DNA of 64,000 nt from Octopus sinensis (lineage: Eukaryota), in the NCBI RefSeq assembly GCF_006345805.1, contig NC_043023.1, positions 14,508,001 through 14,572,000 of the forward strand, read 5' to 3'. Positions 11,500 to 24,413 of the stretch are shown here, one piece after another. Under the pieces are notes generated by a model, which had not been told where the DNA came from, did not search any database, and was given only the letters and a program-made list of their open reading frames with translations. A program made the position numbers and the translations under genes. Positions within the stretch are counted from its first letter, which is position 1. Each line of letters begins with the position of its first letter.

Positions 11500-12261
11500 C
11501 TGTAACAAAAGTGGAGGAAAGACATTGGTACAGTCACCGCACTAGTGTGTCACTCTATCACTGTAGTATGAGGTACATTTAGCCAGCTGTCATTTGCAGA
11601 TGAGTGCAGCCTTGTGACATGGTAGCATGCTACAGGTTGGTTGCATTACTGCGTTTGATGGCATAAATACACATATGCACACACACATGGACACATACAC
11701 ATGCACACACAAACACACACCATATACACACACACAAATACACACATGGATACACCTACACACACGTATATACATTGTCAGTGGTGTTGGCATCAGAGTG
11801 ACCAGCATTGTCTAATGTCAGTCTTCCATGCTGCTATGGGTAGGATGGTTTGGCAGCAACTGGAAAGTCAGAAGACTACATCAACCTCCACTGCCTGTTT
11901 TGGCATGGTTTTCTATGGTTGAATGCCCTTCATATATGTGTGCATGTGTGTATGTGTGTATACACATTCATACATACATCTATGTTTGTTTATATTAAAG
12001 GCATTACTATACATAAATGCCTCACACTATAAGAAATTCTTAAAGTCAAAACTACCAAAATAAATAAACACATTGTACCAAATACGAGGGAATGCAGCTC
12101 TTGAAGAGAGCATTTTAACACTAACTACTTGATAAATTCTTATATAGATTTTATCCTATTTTTCTATTGTACATCTATGTTTATATATATATATATATTA
12201 ATAGTAATGGTAAGACATCAAAGGAATGAAACCTCGATATTATGTAAATAGAGGAATTTAT

Positions 12262-12735
12262 CTGTATCTTGCTCAGAACATTGACCTCCTGGAATCTGTC
12301 CAGAGACAGGCAACCAAACGCATACCCTCCATCAGACACCTACCATATTCTGAGCGCCTTGTTTCCCTGGGCATGGATTCACTGAAGCTCCGGCGTCTGG
12401 CAACAGACTTGGTAAACACCCACAAGGTTATCAACCACCTCACCAACAACAACACTGAACACCTTTTTGATCTGCATGTGTCTAACACACGTGGACATGC
12501 CTACAAAGTCAGAAAACAGCACAGCTCCCATGACTTTCGGAAACATTTTTTCACGCTCAGGGTTGCTGAAGCGTGGAATAAACTGCCTGCGTCAGTTGTT
12601 GACTGTCATGACACTGCATCCTTTAAGGCCCTCATGCTTCCCGAAATCCGTCGAAACTACACCTGATTATATATACACTTTAGATGAGTTGTAGTGCACC
12701 TGAGCACTGTACACAATTATTATTATTATAAATAT
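12262..12735 (+). mobile_element. CR1/L2-type LINE 3' end
   Basis: IDLLESVQRQATKRIPSIRHLPYSERL...RKHFFTLRVAEAWNKLP; same family as 5435-6990; (ATT)n tail. Confidence 0.88.
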
Positions 12736-13190
12736 TATATGTGGCAATTATTCGGTAGCCACGATAAAACTCCGAGTTTTATCATGCATAGTGGTATTTT
12801 GTCTGCCGTTATGTTCAGAGTTCAAATTCCGCTGAGATCAACTTTGCCTTTCATCCTTTCGGGGTCGATTAAATAAGTACCAGTTATGCACTGGGGTCGA
12901 TGTAATCGACTTAATCCCTTTGTCTGTCCTTGTCTATGTTTAGTCCCTTGTGTGCAATAAAGAAAAAAGAAACTCTTATATTTTTTTAACCTAAATTTTG
13001 ACAAAAAAGGGTTCCTTACACACATTAAAATACGGTATATGTAATTCAAAATATCGCCAATAACAAACTATAAAATAAATTTTTTAGTTTTCAAAATGAA
13101 ACAAAGATGTTACCAGTGAGTGATGGCTAGTTTTTTGTTTTTGTTTTAGTTGACAAGTTTACCAATAGCAGAGACAAAGGAACTACTAAC

Positions 13191-13376
13191 CAGGGCCTTC
13201 TGAAGAAGTTCCACTGACTGCTTCTTCTCGTCAAGCTCCAGACGCTGGGACATCACGTTGTTGGTAATCTCGGCAGCTGTGGCTGTGGCTTCTTCTAGAT
13301 TAAGGGCCTTTATAGGGGTCACCGAGCTGATATTGGTGTCATTTACCTCGTTACCGGAAGTCACAGAATAGGCCTT
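13191..13376 (-). CDS. CEP131: CEP131 coding exon 11: KAYSVTSG...SQRLELDEKKQSVELLQKAL
   Basis: tttcag acceptor, gttagt donor; 186 nt, phase 0/0; human RLKLEVEEKKQAMLLLQRAL. Confidence 0.93.
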
Positions 13377-13549
13377 CTGAAAAGAAGAATAAAATATCAT
13401 CATCATCGCATCATCATGATTAAACGTCCATTGTTCATGCTGGCATGTGCTGGATAGTTTAACCAGGGCTGTAAGCTAAAGAGCTGCACCAGATTCCAGT
13501 CTGACGCTTTGGCATGGTTTCTATGGCTACATGCCCTTCCTAATGCTAA

Positions 13550-13828
13550 CCACTTGCCCAAGATGCCACGCAGTGGAACTGAACCCGGAACCATGTGGTT
13601 GGTTAGCAAGCTACTTACCACACAGCCACTCCTGCGCCTATGTATATATATATATATATATATACAATGGGCTTCTTTTCAGTTTCCCTCTACCAAATCC
13701 ACTCACAAGGCTTTGGTCAGCCCGAGGCTATAGCAGAAGACACTTGCCCAAGATGCCACGCAGTGGGACTGAACTCGGAACCATGTGGTTGGTTAGCAAG
13801 CTACTTACCACACAGCCACTCCTGCGCC

Positions 13829-13873
<45 letters not shown>

Positions 13874-14025
13874 GATGGGCTTCTTTTCAGTTTCCCTCTA
13901 CCAAATCCACTCACAAGGCTTTGGTCAGCCCGAGGCTATAGCAGAAGACACTTGCCCAAGATGCCACGCAGTGGGACTGAACCCGGGACCATGTGGTTGG
14001 TTAGCAAGCTACTTACCACACAGCC
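13550..14025 (-). mobile_element. SINE family A, three tandem heads
   Basis: Three copies separated by (TA)n. Confidence 0.8.
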
Positions 14026-14076
14026 TTGCACCCCAGTATCACTTTGATGGCATGTGCTGCTCTCTTGGTCAATAAT

Positions 14077-14454
14077 GTGGAAGCACTCCGTCGGTTACGA
14101 CGATGAGGGTTCCGAATCAACAGAACAGCCTGCTCGTGAAATTAACGTGTAAGTGGCTGAGCACTCCACAGACACGTGCACCCTTAACGTAGTTCTCGGG
14201 GATATTCAGCATGACACAGAGAGTGACAAGGCCGGCCCCTTGAAATACAGGTACAACAGAAACAGGAAGTAAGAGTGAGAGAAAGTTGTGGTGAAAGAGT
14301 ACAGCAGGGATCACCACCATCCCCTGCCAGAGCCTCGTGGAGCTTTTAGGTGTTTTCGCTCAATAAACACTCACAACGCCCGGTCTGGGAATCGAAACTG
14401 CGATCCTATGACCGCGAGTCCACTGCCCTAACCACTGGGCCATTGCGCCTCCAC
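14077..14454 (-). mobile_element. SINE family D
   Basis: Reverse complement of 2974-3360; GGTCAATAAT on both sides (candidate TSD). Confidence 0.85.
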
Positions 14455-14492
14455 TCGGTCAATAATAATAACGATAACGGTGTTCTACTTAC

Positions 14493-14761
14493 TAATTCGA
14501 TGTCAGTGATTCGGTCAGCTGATTGGACTTCATCCAGAAATGAAATGATGCTCTGTAGTTTGTCGTTTGAGAGATAACCGATGCCATCATCGGGAGGGGA
14601 CAAGGGATGCTGGTCCTGATTCAGCTGTTGTAGGTTCTCAGCAGTTAAGTGGGGGCTTGTTTTTGGAGTGGCCCCTTCTTTGGTTGCACAGCGGGATCTA
14701 GATGAGCATCGACTCTTGTTGGAACCGCCACCAACTTTCAGGGATCCATTTAAATCAGAAA
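14493..14761 (-). CDS. CEP131: CEP131 coding exon 10: VSDLNG...LTAENLQQ...KLQSIISFLDEVQ...DIEL
   Basis: tttttcag acceptor, gtaagt donor; 269 nt, phase 1 to 0; matches human LTADNL and KLQSIMSFLDE. Confidence 0.93.
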
Positions 14762-14911
14762 CTGAAAAACAAAAAACAAACAGCCATCATATAAATATTA
14801 TTAAGGTTGACTTTGCCTTTCATCCTTTCGGGGTTGATAAATTAAGCACCAGTGAAACATTGAGGTTCATGTAATCAGCTAGTCCCCTCCACCAAAATTT
14901 CAGGCCTTGTG

Positions 14912-15043
14912 CCCTAACCTAACCCTAACCTAACCATAACCCTAACCCTAACCTAACCATAACCCTAACCCTAACCATAACCTAACCCTAACCCTAACCA
15001 TAACCCTAACCCTAACCTAACCCTAACCCAACCCTAACCCTAA
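14912..15043. repeat. Interstitial telomere-like array (CCCTAA with CCTAA and CCATAA variants)
   Basis: About 132 bp, directly visible. Confidence 0.9.
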
Positions 15044-15045
15044 AA

Positions 15046-15310
15046 TGGGGGCTTGTTTTTGGAGTGGCCCCTTCTTTGTTTGCACAGCGGGACCTAGATG
15101 AGCATCGACTCATGTTGGAACTGCTACCAACTTTCAGGGATCCATTTAAATCAGAAACTGAAAAACAAAAAAACAAACAGCCATCATATAAATATTATTA
15201 AGGTCAACTTTGCCCTTCGTCCTTTTGGGCTCAGTAAATTAAGCACCAGTGAAACATTGGGGTTCATGTAATCAGCTAGTCCCCTCCACCAAAATTTCAG
15301 GCCTTGTGCC
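15046..15310 (-). pseudogene. Partial duplicate of CEP131 coding exon 10 (acceptor plus first 112 nt) and adjacent intron
   Basis: Diverged direct repeat of 14650-14913. Confidence 0.85.
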
Positions 15311-15574
15311 TTTAATAAAAAGGATCGCCTGGCCCCTGTGCCGGTGGCATGTAAAAAGCACCATCCGTCCGTGGCCGTTTGCCAGCCCCGTCTGGCACCT
15401 GTGCGGGTGGCACGTAAAAAGCACCCACTACACTCATGGAGTGGTTGGCGTTAGGAAGGGCATCCAGCCGTAGAAACACTGCCAGATCAGACTGGGCCTG
15501 ATGCAGTCTTCTGGCTTCACAGACCCCAGTTGAACCGTCCAACCCCTGCTAGCATGGAAAACGGACGCTAAATG

Positions 15575-16290
15575 ATGATGATGATGATTATTATTATTAT
15601 ATTATTATTATTATTATTATTGAGTGAGAGAGCAGTGCATGCCATCAAAGTGACACTGGAGTACAAATATACAAAGCCCAGTATACCCATCATGACTACC
15701 CGTCTGATAAGGGTACACTAGGCACATGCATCACAACCATATGTGCGCGACATGGTGATCTCATATCAAGACAAACGGCACATGACCTTGCAGGTGGGGC
15801 CCAGTTAGAATTTTCTTCTGGTCGAGTTGCCCATCCTGCTCAAAAGGTCCCTGAATAAGGGTTGTTTAAGGATGTTGAATGAAACATCCATGTTTCCAGA
15901 GGTGAATTATCCAAACCCCAAAGAATCCCTCTCAACACATGGCTATGATGCTCCCCCACTACTTCTGCTCATGATCAGACATGCACATATCTATTTCGTT
16001 ACTACCCACAAGGGGCTAAATACAGAGAGGACAAACAAGGACAGACAAAAGGATTAAGTCGATTACATCGACCCCCAGTGCGTAACTGGTACTTAATTTA
16101 TCGACCCCGAAAGGATGAAAGGCAAAGTCGACCTGGGCGGAATTTGAACTCAGAACGTAGCGACAGACAAAATACTGCTGCTACGTCAGCCACTAAAGGA
16201 CATGCTCAACTGGTTACGGTCAAACAACTGACAAGCAAATCTGTGGTATTGAGCAGAATATATCTTTTATACCAAGACAAAACAATGCAT
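15575..16290 (-). mobile_element. Unclassified (AAT)n-tailed dispersed repeat (family F) with nested SINE B at about 15985-16180
   Basis: Reverse complement of 34800-35390. Confidence 0.7.
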
Positions 16291-16414
16291 GTATATGAAT
16301 GCAAATGTGAAGGCATGTGAAGGCATGTATGTGTGCAGGTGTGGTCAAGTGGATATGCATGTGTCTGTATATATCTGAGCACCTGTGCACCTCTGTATGT
16401 GCATGCATGTGCTC

Positions 16415-16815
16415 TTTTACTCTTTTACTTGTTTCAGTCATGTGACTGTGGCCATGCTGGAGCACCGCCTTTAGTCGAGCAAACTGACCCCAGGACTTAT
16501 CCTCTGTAAGCCTAGTACTTATTCTATAGGTTTTTTGCCAAACTGCTAAGTTACAGGGATGTAAACACACCAGCATCGGTTGTCAAGCGATGTTGGGGGG
16601 ACAAACAGACACACAAACACACACACACATATATATAAACACACATATATACGACAGGCTTCTTTCAGTTTCCGTCTACCAAATCCACTCACAAGGCTTT
16701 GGTCAGCCCGAGGCTATAGTAGAAGACACTTACCCAAGGTGCCACACAGTGGGACCGAACCCAGAACCATGTGGTTCATAAGCAAGCTACTTAGCACACA
16801 GCCACTCCTACTCCT
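16415..16815 (-). mobile_element. SINE family A
   Basis: Full tail and head. Confidence 0.85.
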
Positions 16816-16964
16816 ATGCCTACATAGTCTTTTGTGCTGTGTTATTGTAGAGATAACTTGACCAAGCTGCAGCACAGGGGGATTGAACACAAAACCAGAA
16901 GGCTGCAAAGTAAATTTCTTAACCACATAATTGAAGTACATGAAACGAAGTGAGACACACTTAC

Positions 16965-17226
16965 CCCTGGATGTGCTTTTGAGTGGCAAGTCACCTGCCC
17001 CGATATCCTCATCTTCCTCCAGTTTCTTTAGTGTTTCAAGGAGGTCACTCAAAGTACTTTTGGTTGGAGTCTTTGATGCCCTAGCATCAGAGTTGATGAT
17101 GGGGGGTTCAAAACCTGGCTCTGGTGTGTTCCGATCTGGGGTCGGCAGTTGGGAGATTGGCACCGAAGATGTGTGAGAGTTCCTTCGAAGGGTTGAGTTT
17201 GCGACTTTGACCAGCTTGGAGGTTTC
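16965..17226 (-). CDS. CEP131: CEP131 coding exon 9: ETSKLVKV...STLSDLLETLKKLEEDE...KSTSR
   Basis: cacccag acceptor, gtaagt donor; 262 nt, phase 0 to 1; matches human LEELLHTLQLLEKE. Confidence 0.92.
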
Positions 17227-17319
17227 CTGGGTGAAGCAAAAAGGGACGAAACAATAAATAATGTTGTAGAGAATCAGGTGATGGTAGGGGGTGGGAAAGA
17301 CTAATGATTCTGGGGGTGA

Positions 17320-17657
17320 GAAGAAATCGACCCCAGGACTTTGTAAGCCTAGTACTTATTTTATTGGTCTCTTTTGCCGAACCGCTTAAGTTACAGGGAT
17401 GTAAACACACCAGCATCGGTTGTCAAGCGATGTTGGGGGTACAAACACAGACACACAAACATATATATATATATATATATAGATATATATACACATATAT
17501 ACGATGGGCTTCTTTCAGCTCCCATCTACCAAATCCACTCACAAGGCTTTGGCCGGCCCGAGGTCTATAGTAGAAGACACTTGCCCAAGGTGCCGTGCAG
17601 TGGGACTGAACCCGGAACCATGTGGTTGGTAAGCAAGCTACTTACCACACAGTCACT

Positions 17658-17701
<44 letters not shown>

Positions 17702-17860
17702 TATATACGATGGGCTTCTTTCAGTTTCCGTCCACCAAATCCACTCACAAGGTTTTGGTTGGTCCAAGGCTATAGTAGGTGACACTTGCCCAAGGTGCCA
17801 CGTAGTGGGACTGAACTCAGAATCATGTGGTTTGTAAGCAAGCTACTTACCACACAGCCC
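17320..17860 (-). mobile_element. SINE family A (two heads)
   Basis: Matches family A. Confidence 0.8.
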
Positions 17861-18224
17861 ATCTGCTCAGCATCATCTGGTTAGGCATCTTACTCAGACC
17901 AATGTAACTCTCCCAATCCAGATGTCCTGATCAAGCAATAAGGCATTATTCTCTGGCTTTAGCTTTAGTCTTTTGCTAACTGAAATCTCTCATCTATGCA
18001 TGCTTTGCTATAACCAAAATAGTTGAACCTGGCCATTGACAATTTGCCGTGTGTTCATCCACTCAGCATCTAAATTCATTTGATGGAATAGCTCACATCC
18101 CCAGATGTCCCAACTGGGTGATGAGGTATGAATGTCTGGCCCCAGTTTTAGTTACACAGGTCTTTCAGTAACTGAAATATCTCATCTGCACACATCAAAA
18201 CTACATATGATAGCAGTATTTCGT

Positions 18225-18655
18225 TAACTGCGGAGAGCTGGTAGAAACGTTAGCACGTCGGGCGAAATGCTTAGCGGTATTTTGTCTGCTGTTACGTTGT
18301 GAGTCCAAATTCCGCCAAGACCGACTTTACCTTTCATCCTTTCGGGGTCGATAAATTAAGTACCAGTTAGGCACTGGAGTCGATGTAATCGACTTAATAC
18401 CAATGTCTGTCCTTGTTTGTTCCCTCTGTGTTTAGCCCCTTGTGGGTAATAAAGAAATAGGTATTTCGTCTACCGTTACGTTCTGAGTTCAAATTCCGCC
18501 GAGGTCGACTTTACCTTTCATCCTTTCGGGGTTGATAAATTAAGTACCAGTTACGCACTGGGGTCGATATAATCGACTTAATCCGTTTGTCTGTCCTTGT
18601 TTGTTCCCTCTGTGTTTAGCCCCTTGTGGGTAGTAAAGAAATAGGTATTTCATTA
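18225..18655 (+). mobile_element. SINE family B dimer
   Basis: Junction AAAGAAATAGGTATTTCGTC. Confidence 0.85.
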
Positions 18656-18664
18656 ACTGCACTG

Positions 18665-21600
18665 GTTAATCCTGACCATCGACAGCTTTTTGTCTGTTCA
18701 TCCACTCAGCCTCATCTGGTCTGGCATCTTAACCCAAACAGATGTAACTCTTCCACAACCAGATGTCCTGATCAAGCAACACAGCATGAACATCTGGCTT
18801 GAACTTTAGTTACATTGATCTTTCACTTACTGAAATCTCTCTTCTCCACACACCATGACTACAGATGAAAGCAGTAGTTTCCTAACAGAACTGGCTGATC
18901 TTGGCCATTGACACTTTATTATCTGTTCATCCCCTCAGCCTCATCTGGTCAGGTATCTTAACCCAGACAGATGTAACTCTTCCACAACCAGATGTCCTGA
19001 TCAAGCAACACAGCATGGACATCTGGCTTGTACTTTAGTTACATTGATCTTTCACTTACAGAAATCTCTCTTCTCCACACACCATGACTACAGATGAAAG
19101 CAGTAATTTCCTAACAGAACTGGCTGATCTTGGCCATTGACACTTTTATCTGTTCATCCCCTCAGCCTCATCTGGTCAGGCATCTTAACCCAGACAGATG
19201 TAACTCTTCCACAACCAGATGTCCTGATCAAGCAACACAGCATGGACATCTGGCTTGTACTTTAGTTACATTGATCTTTCACTTACAGAATCTCTCTTCT
19301 CCACACACCATGACTACAGATGAAAGCAGTAGTTTCCTAACAGAACTGGCTGATCTTGCCATTGACACTTTATTATCTGTTCATCCACTCAGCCTCATTT
19401 GGTCAGGCATCTTACCCAGACAGATGTAACTCTTCCACAACCAGATGTCTGATCAAGCAACACAGCATGGACATCTGGCTTGTACTTAGTTACATTGATC
19501 TTTCCCTTACAGAAATCTCTCTTCTCCACACACCATGACTACAGATGAAAGCAGTAGTAGTTTCCTAACAGAACTGGCTGATCTTGGCCATTGACACTTA
19601 TTATCTGTTCATCCACTCAGCCTCATTGGTCAGGCATCTTAACCCAGACAGATGTAACTCTTCCACAACCAGATGTCCTGATCAAGCAACACAGCATGAA
19701 CATCTGGCTTGTACTTTAGTTACATTGATCTTTCACTTACAGAAATCTCTCTTCTCCACACATCATGACTACAGATGAAAGCAGTAGTAGTTTCTAACAG
19801 AACTGGCTGATCTTGGCCATGACACTTTATTAGTTCATCCCCTCAGCCTCATCTGGTCAGGCATCTTAACCCAGACAGATGTAACTCTTCCACAACCAGA
19901 TGTCTGATCAAGCAACACAGCATGAACATCTGGCTTGTACTTTAGTTACATTGATCTTTCACTTACAGAAATCTCTCTTCTCCACACATCATGACTACAG
20001 ATGAAAGCAGTAATTTCCTAACAGAACTGGCTGATCTTGGCCATTGACACTTTATTATCTGTTCATCCCCTCAGCCTCATCTGGTCAGGCATCTTAACCC
20101 AGACAGATGTAACTCTTCCACAACCAGATGTCCTGATCAAGCAACACAGCATGGACATCTGGCTTGTACTTTAGTTACATTGATCTTTCACTTACAGAAA
20201 TCTCTCTTCTCCACACACCATGACTACAGATGAAAGCAGTAGTTTCCTAACAGAACTGGCTGATCTTGGCCATTGACACTTTATTATCTGTTCATCCACT
20301 CAGCCTCATCTGGTCAGGCATCTTAACCCAGACAGATGTAACTCTTCCACAACCAGATGTCCTGATCAAGCAACACAGCATGGACATCTGGCTTGTACTT
20401 TAGTTACATTGATCTTTCACTTACAGAAATCTCTCTTCTCCACACACCATGACTACAGATGAAAGCAGTAATTTCCTAACAGAACTGGCTGATCTTGGCC
20501 ATTGACACTTTATTATCTGTTCATCCCCTCAGCCTCATCTGGTCAGGCATCTTAACCCAGACAGATGTAACTCTTCCACAACCAGATGTCCTGATCAAGC
20601 AACACAGCATGAACATCTGGCTTGTACTTTAGTTACATTGATCTTTCCCTTACAGAAATCTCTCTTCTCCACACACCATGACTACAGATGAAAGCAGTAG
20701 TTTCCTAACAGAACTGGCTGATCTTGGCCATTGACACTTTATTATCTGTTCATCCACTCAGCCTCATTTGGTCAGGCATCTTAACCCAGACAGATGTAAC
20801 TCTTCCACAACCAGATGTCCTGATCAAGCAACACAGCATGAACATCTGGCTTGTACTTTAGTTACATTGATCTTTCACTTACAGAAATCTCTCTTCTCCA
20901 CACATCATGACTACAGATGAAAGCAGTAGTTTCCTAACAGAACTGGCTGATCTTGGCCATTGACACTTTATTATCTGTTCATCCCCTCAGCCTCATCTGG
21001 TCAGGCATCTTAACCCAGACAGATGTAACTCTTCCACAACCAGATGTCCTGATCAAGCAACACACAGCATGACATCTGGCTTGTACTTTAGTTACATTGA
21101 TCTTTCACTTACAGAAATCTCTCTTCTCCACACACCATGACTACAGATGAAAGCAGTAGTTTCCTAACAGAACTGGCTGATCTTGGCCACTGACACTTTA
21201 TTATCTGTTCATCCACTCAGCCTCATCTGGTCAGGCATCTTAACCCAAACAGATGTAACTCTTCCACAACCAGATGTCCTGATCAAGCAACACAGCATGA
21301 ACATCTGGCTTGAACTTTAGTTACATTGATCTTTCACTTACAGAAATCTCTCTTCTCCACACACCATGACTACAGATGAAAGCAGTATTTCCTAACAGAA
21401 CTGGCTGATCTTGGCCACTGACACTTTATTATCTGTTCATCCACTCAGCCTCATCTGGTCAGGCATCTTAACCCAAACAGATGTAACTCTTCCACAACCA
21501 GATGTCCTGATCAAGCAACACACAGCATGAACATCTGGCTTGAACTTTAGTTACATTGATCTTTCACTTACAGAAATCTCTCTTCTCCACACACCATGAC

Positions 21601-22140
21601 TACAGATGAAAGCAGTAGTTTCCTAACAGAACTGGCTGATCTTGGCCACTGACACTTTATTATCTGTTCATCCACTCAGCCTCATCTGGTCAGGCATCTT
21701 AACCCAAACAGATGTAACTCTTCCACAACCAGATGTCCTGATCAAGCAACACAGCATGAACATCTGGCTTGAACTTTAGTTACATTGATCTTTCACTTAC
21801 TGAAATCTCTCTTCTCCACACACCATGACTACAGATGAAAGCAGTAGTTTCCTAACAGAACTGGCTGATCTTGGCCACTGACACTTTATTATCTGTTCAT
21901 CCACTCAGCCTCATCTGGTCAGGCATCTTAACCCAAACAGATGTAACTCTTCCACAACCAGATGTCCTGATCAAGCAACACAGCATGAACATCTGGCTTG
22001 CACTTTAGTTACATTGATCTTTCACTTACAGAAATCTCTCTTCTCCACACACCATGACTACAGATGAAAGCAGTAGTTTCCTAACAGAACTGGCTGATCT
22101 TGGCCATTGACACTTTATTGTCTGTTCGTCCACTCAGCAT
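18665..22140. repeat. 229-bp tandem satellite, about 15 homogeneous copies
   Basis: TGGCCATTGACAC at 18902, 19131, 20038, 20267 etc.; diverged copies at 17866-18200, 22985-23200, 23760-24020. Confidence 0.95.
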
Positions 22141-22347
22141 CTTGTGATATTCACCATTGATTCAGTAAGATTCATCTACCGAAATATTTCCCATCCACCA
22201 TGCTTCATCCCATGATTACTATAACTGAACCATAACTCAGTTATCTTGGACTTCATATAACTCTCATTGTTTAAAATATGCCCTTCACCCCAATGTCCGG
22301 TTAGTGGTGTTTGTCACATTGGTCACTATCCGAAACATTTCACATGC

Positions 22348-22975
22348 ACATGAGATGAGGTGGTTAAGCATGACCTTCGAATGTTGGGCCTCACAGAGGC
22401 AATGACAAAAGACCGAGATCTCTGGAGATATGCTGTGACTGCGAAGACCCGACAAATAACGTGAGTTCATGGCTGTTTCCTACACCAGTTTCACATAGAA
22501 GCCCCAGCCCATCCAAAGTACCTTGGATTGCAGAACGACCTGCTGTGCTTACATTGGATTGTAGGGTGACCTGCTGTGCTTGAGGAGACCTATTGAGTCA
22601 AGTACATCAACATCAAAATAAAAATCAAATGGAAATTGTAGTTGTGATACCTGTGCTGGTGACATGCAAAAAGCACCATCTGAACGTGGATGGTGCCAGC
22701 GCCACCTTGACTGGCTTCTGTGCCAGTGGCACATAAAAAGCACCAACCGATCATGGCCACTGCCAGCCTCCCCTGGCACCTGAGCTGGTGGCACGTAAAA
22801 AGCACCCACTACACTCACGGAGTGGTTGGCGTTAGGAAGGGCATCCAGCCGTAGAAACATTGCCAGATCAGACTGGAGCCTGGTGCAGCCTCCTGGCTTC
22901 CCAGATCCCCGGTCGAACCGTCCAACCCATGCTAGCATGGAAAACAGACATTAAACGATGATAATGATGATGATG
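22348..22975 (+). mobile_element. RTE-type LINE 3' end with long 3'UTR (family C), unexpanded copy
   Basis: DEVVKHDLRMLGLTEAMTKDRDLWRYAV C-terminal motif, then GGCGTTAGGAAGGGCATCC domain and (GAT)n tail; shorter copies near 15325, 26120, 28205, 32510, 34455, 40065, 40725, 47105, 49380. Confidence 0.65.
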
Positions 22976-23204
22976 TCACAACTACCAATGCTTGCAATAG
23001 TTCACTAAGTAAACTGGTTGATTCTGGCCATTGACACTGGTCAGGCATCTTACTCAGACCAATTCAACTCTCCCAATCCAGATGTCTTGATCATGTGATG
23101 CAGAATGAACATCTGGTTTGAGTTTTAATCACATTGGTCTTTTACTAACTGAAATATTTCATTTGTACATGCCACATCTACAGATGATAACAGTATTTCA
23201 AGGA

Positions 23205-23750
23205 TATACAAAGTGATTAAGTCGATTACATCAACCCCAGTGCGTAACTGGTACTTAATTTATCGACCCCGAAAGGATGAAAAGCAAAGTCGACCTCGGC
23301 GGAATTTGAACTCAGAACGTAACAGTAGACGAAATACCTATTTCTTTATTACCCACAAGGGGCTAAACACAGGGGGAACAAACAAGGACAGACATAGGTA
23401 TTAAGTCGATTACATCGACCCCAGTTCGTAACTGGTACTTAATTTATCAACCCCGAAAGGATGAAAAGCAAAGTTGACCACGGCGGAATTTGAACTCAGA
23501 ACGTAACAGTAGACGAAATACCTATTTCTTTACTACCCACAAGGGGCTAAACACAGAGGGGACAAACAAGGACAGACAAACGGATAAAGTCGATTATATC
23601 GACCCCAGAGCGTGACTGGTACTTGTTTAATCAACTCCGAAAGGATGAAAGGTAAAGTCGACCTCGGCAGAATTTGAACTGAGAATGTAGCGGCAGGCGA
23701 AATACCGCTAAGCATTTCGCCCGGTGTGCTAACGTTTCTGCCAGCTCACC
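23205..23750 (-). mobile_element. SINE family B trimer
   Basis: GACGAAATACCTATTTCTTTA junctions. Confidence 0.85.
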
Positions 23751-24177
23751 GGTTGATTCTGGCCGCTGACAGTTCATTCTCTGTTCATCTATCAGTTCAG
23801 TTGTCTTACTCAGATGAAAGTAACACTTTAATGCCCAATATCCAGACTGAACTACGTGACATGAATGCCTGGCTTGGGTTTTACTCACACCGGCCTTTCA
23901 TAGACTGAAATATCTCAACAGCACGTGCCAAGACCACAGATGATAGCAGTAGTTCACTAACTAAACTGGTTGATCCTGGTCATTGACAGTTTTCTTTCTG
24001 TTTATCCATTCAATATTTAATGATATTCATCATTGATTGAATAAGTTCATCTCCTAAAATAGTTTACATTCAGTAAATCACATCAATGTAAGCTGGGCTT
24101 ACTCATAGGAGATCCTTTACGACTCTCCACATTGACCCTCGACTCTCCACCCCCACCAAATGAAGTTCAAGAAATCA

Positions 24178-24351
24178 CGGTAGTGGCTGTGCGGTAAGTA
24201 GCTTGCTTACCAACCACATGGTCCCGGGTTCAGTCCCACTGCATGGCACCTTGGGCAAGTGTCTTCTTCTTCTATAGCCTCGGGCTGACCAAAGCCTTGT
24301 GAGTGGATTTGGTAGACGGAAACTGAAAGAAGCCCGTCGTATATATGTATG

Positions 24352-24413
<62 letters not shown>

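Noticed and set aside
18665-22140. Possible CRISPR-like or hammerhead (retrozyme) array
   Set aside because: Units are whole-length repeats without unique spacers; no CYGANGA...GAAA core found on either strand
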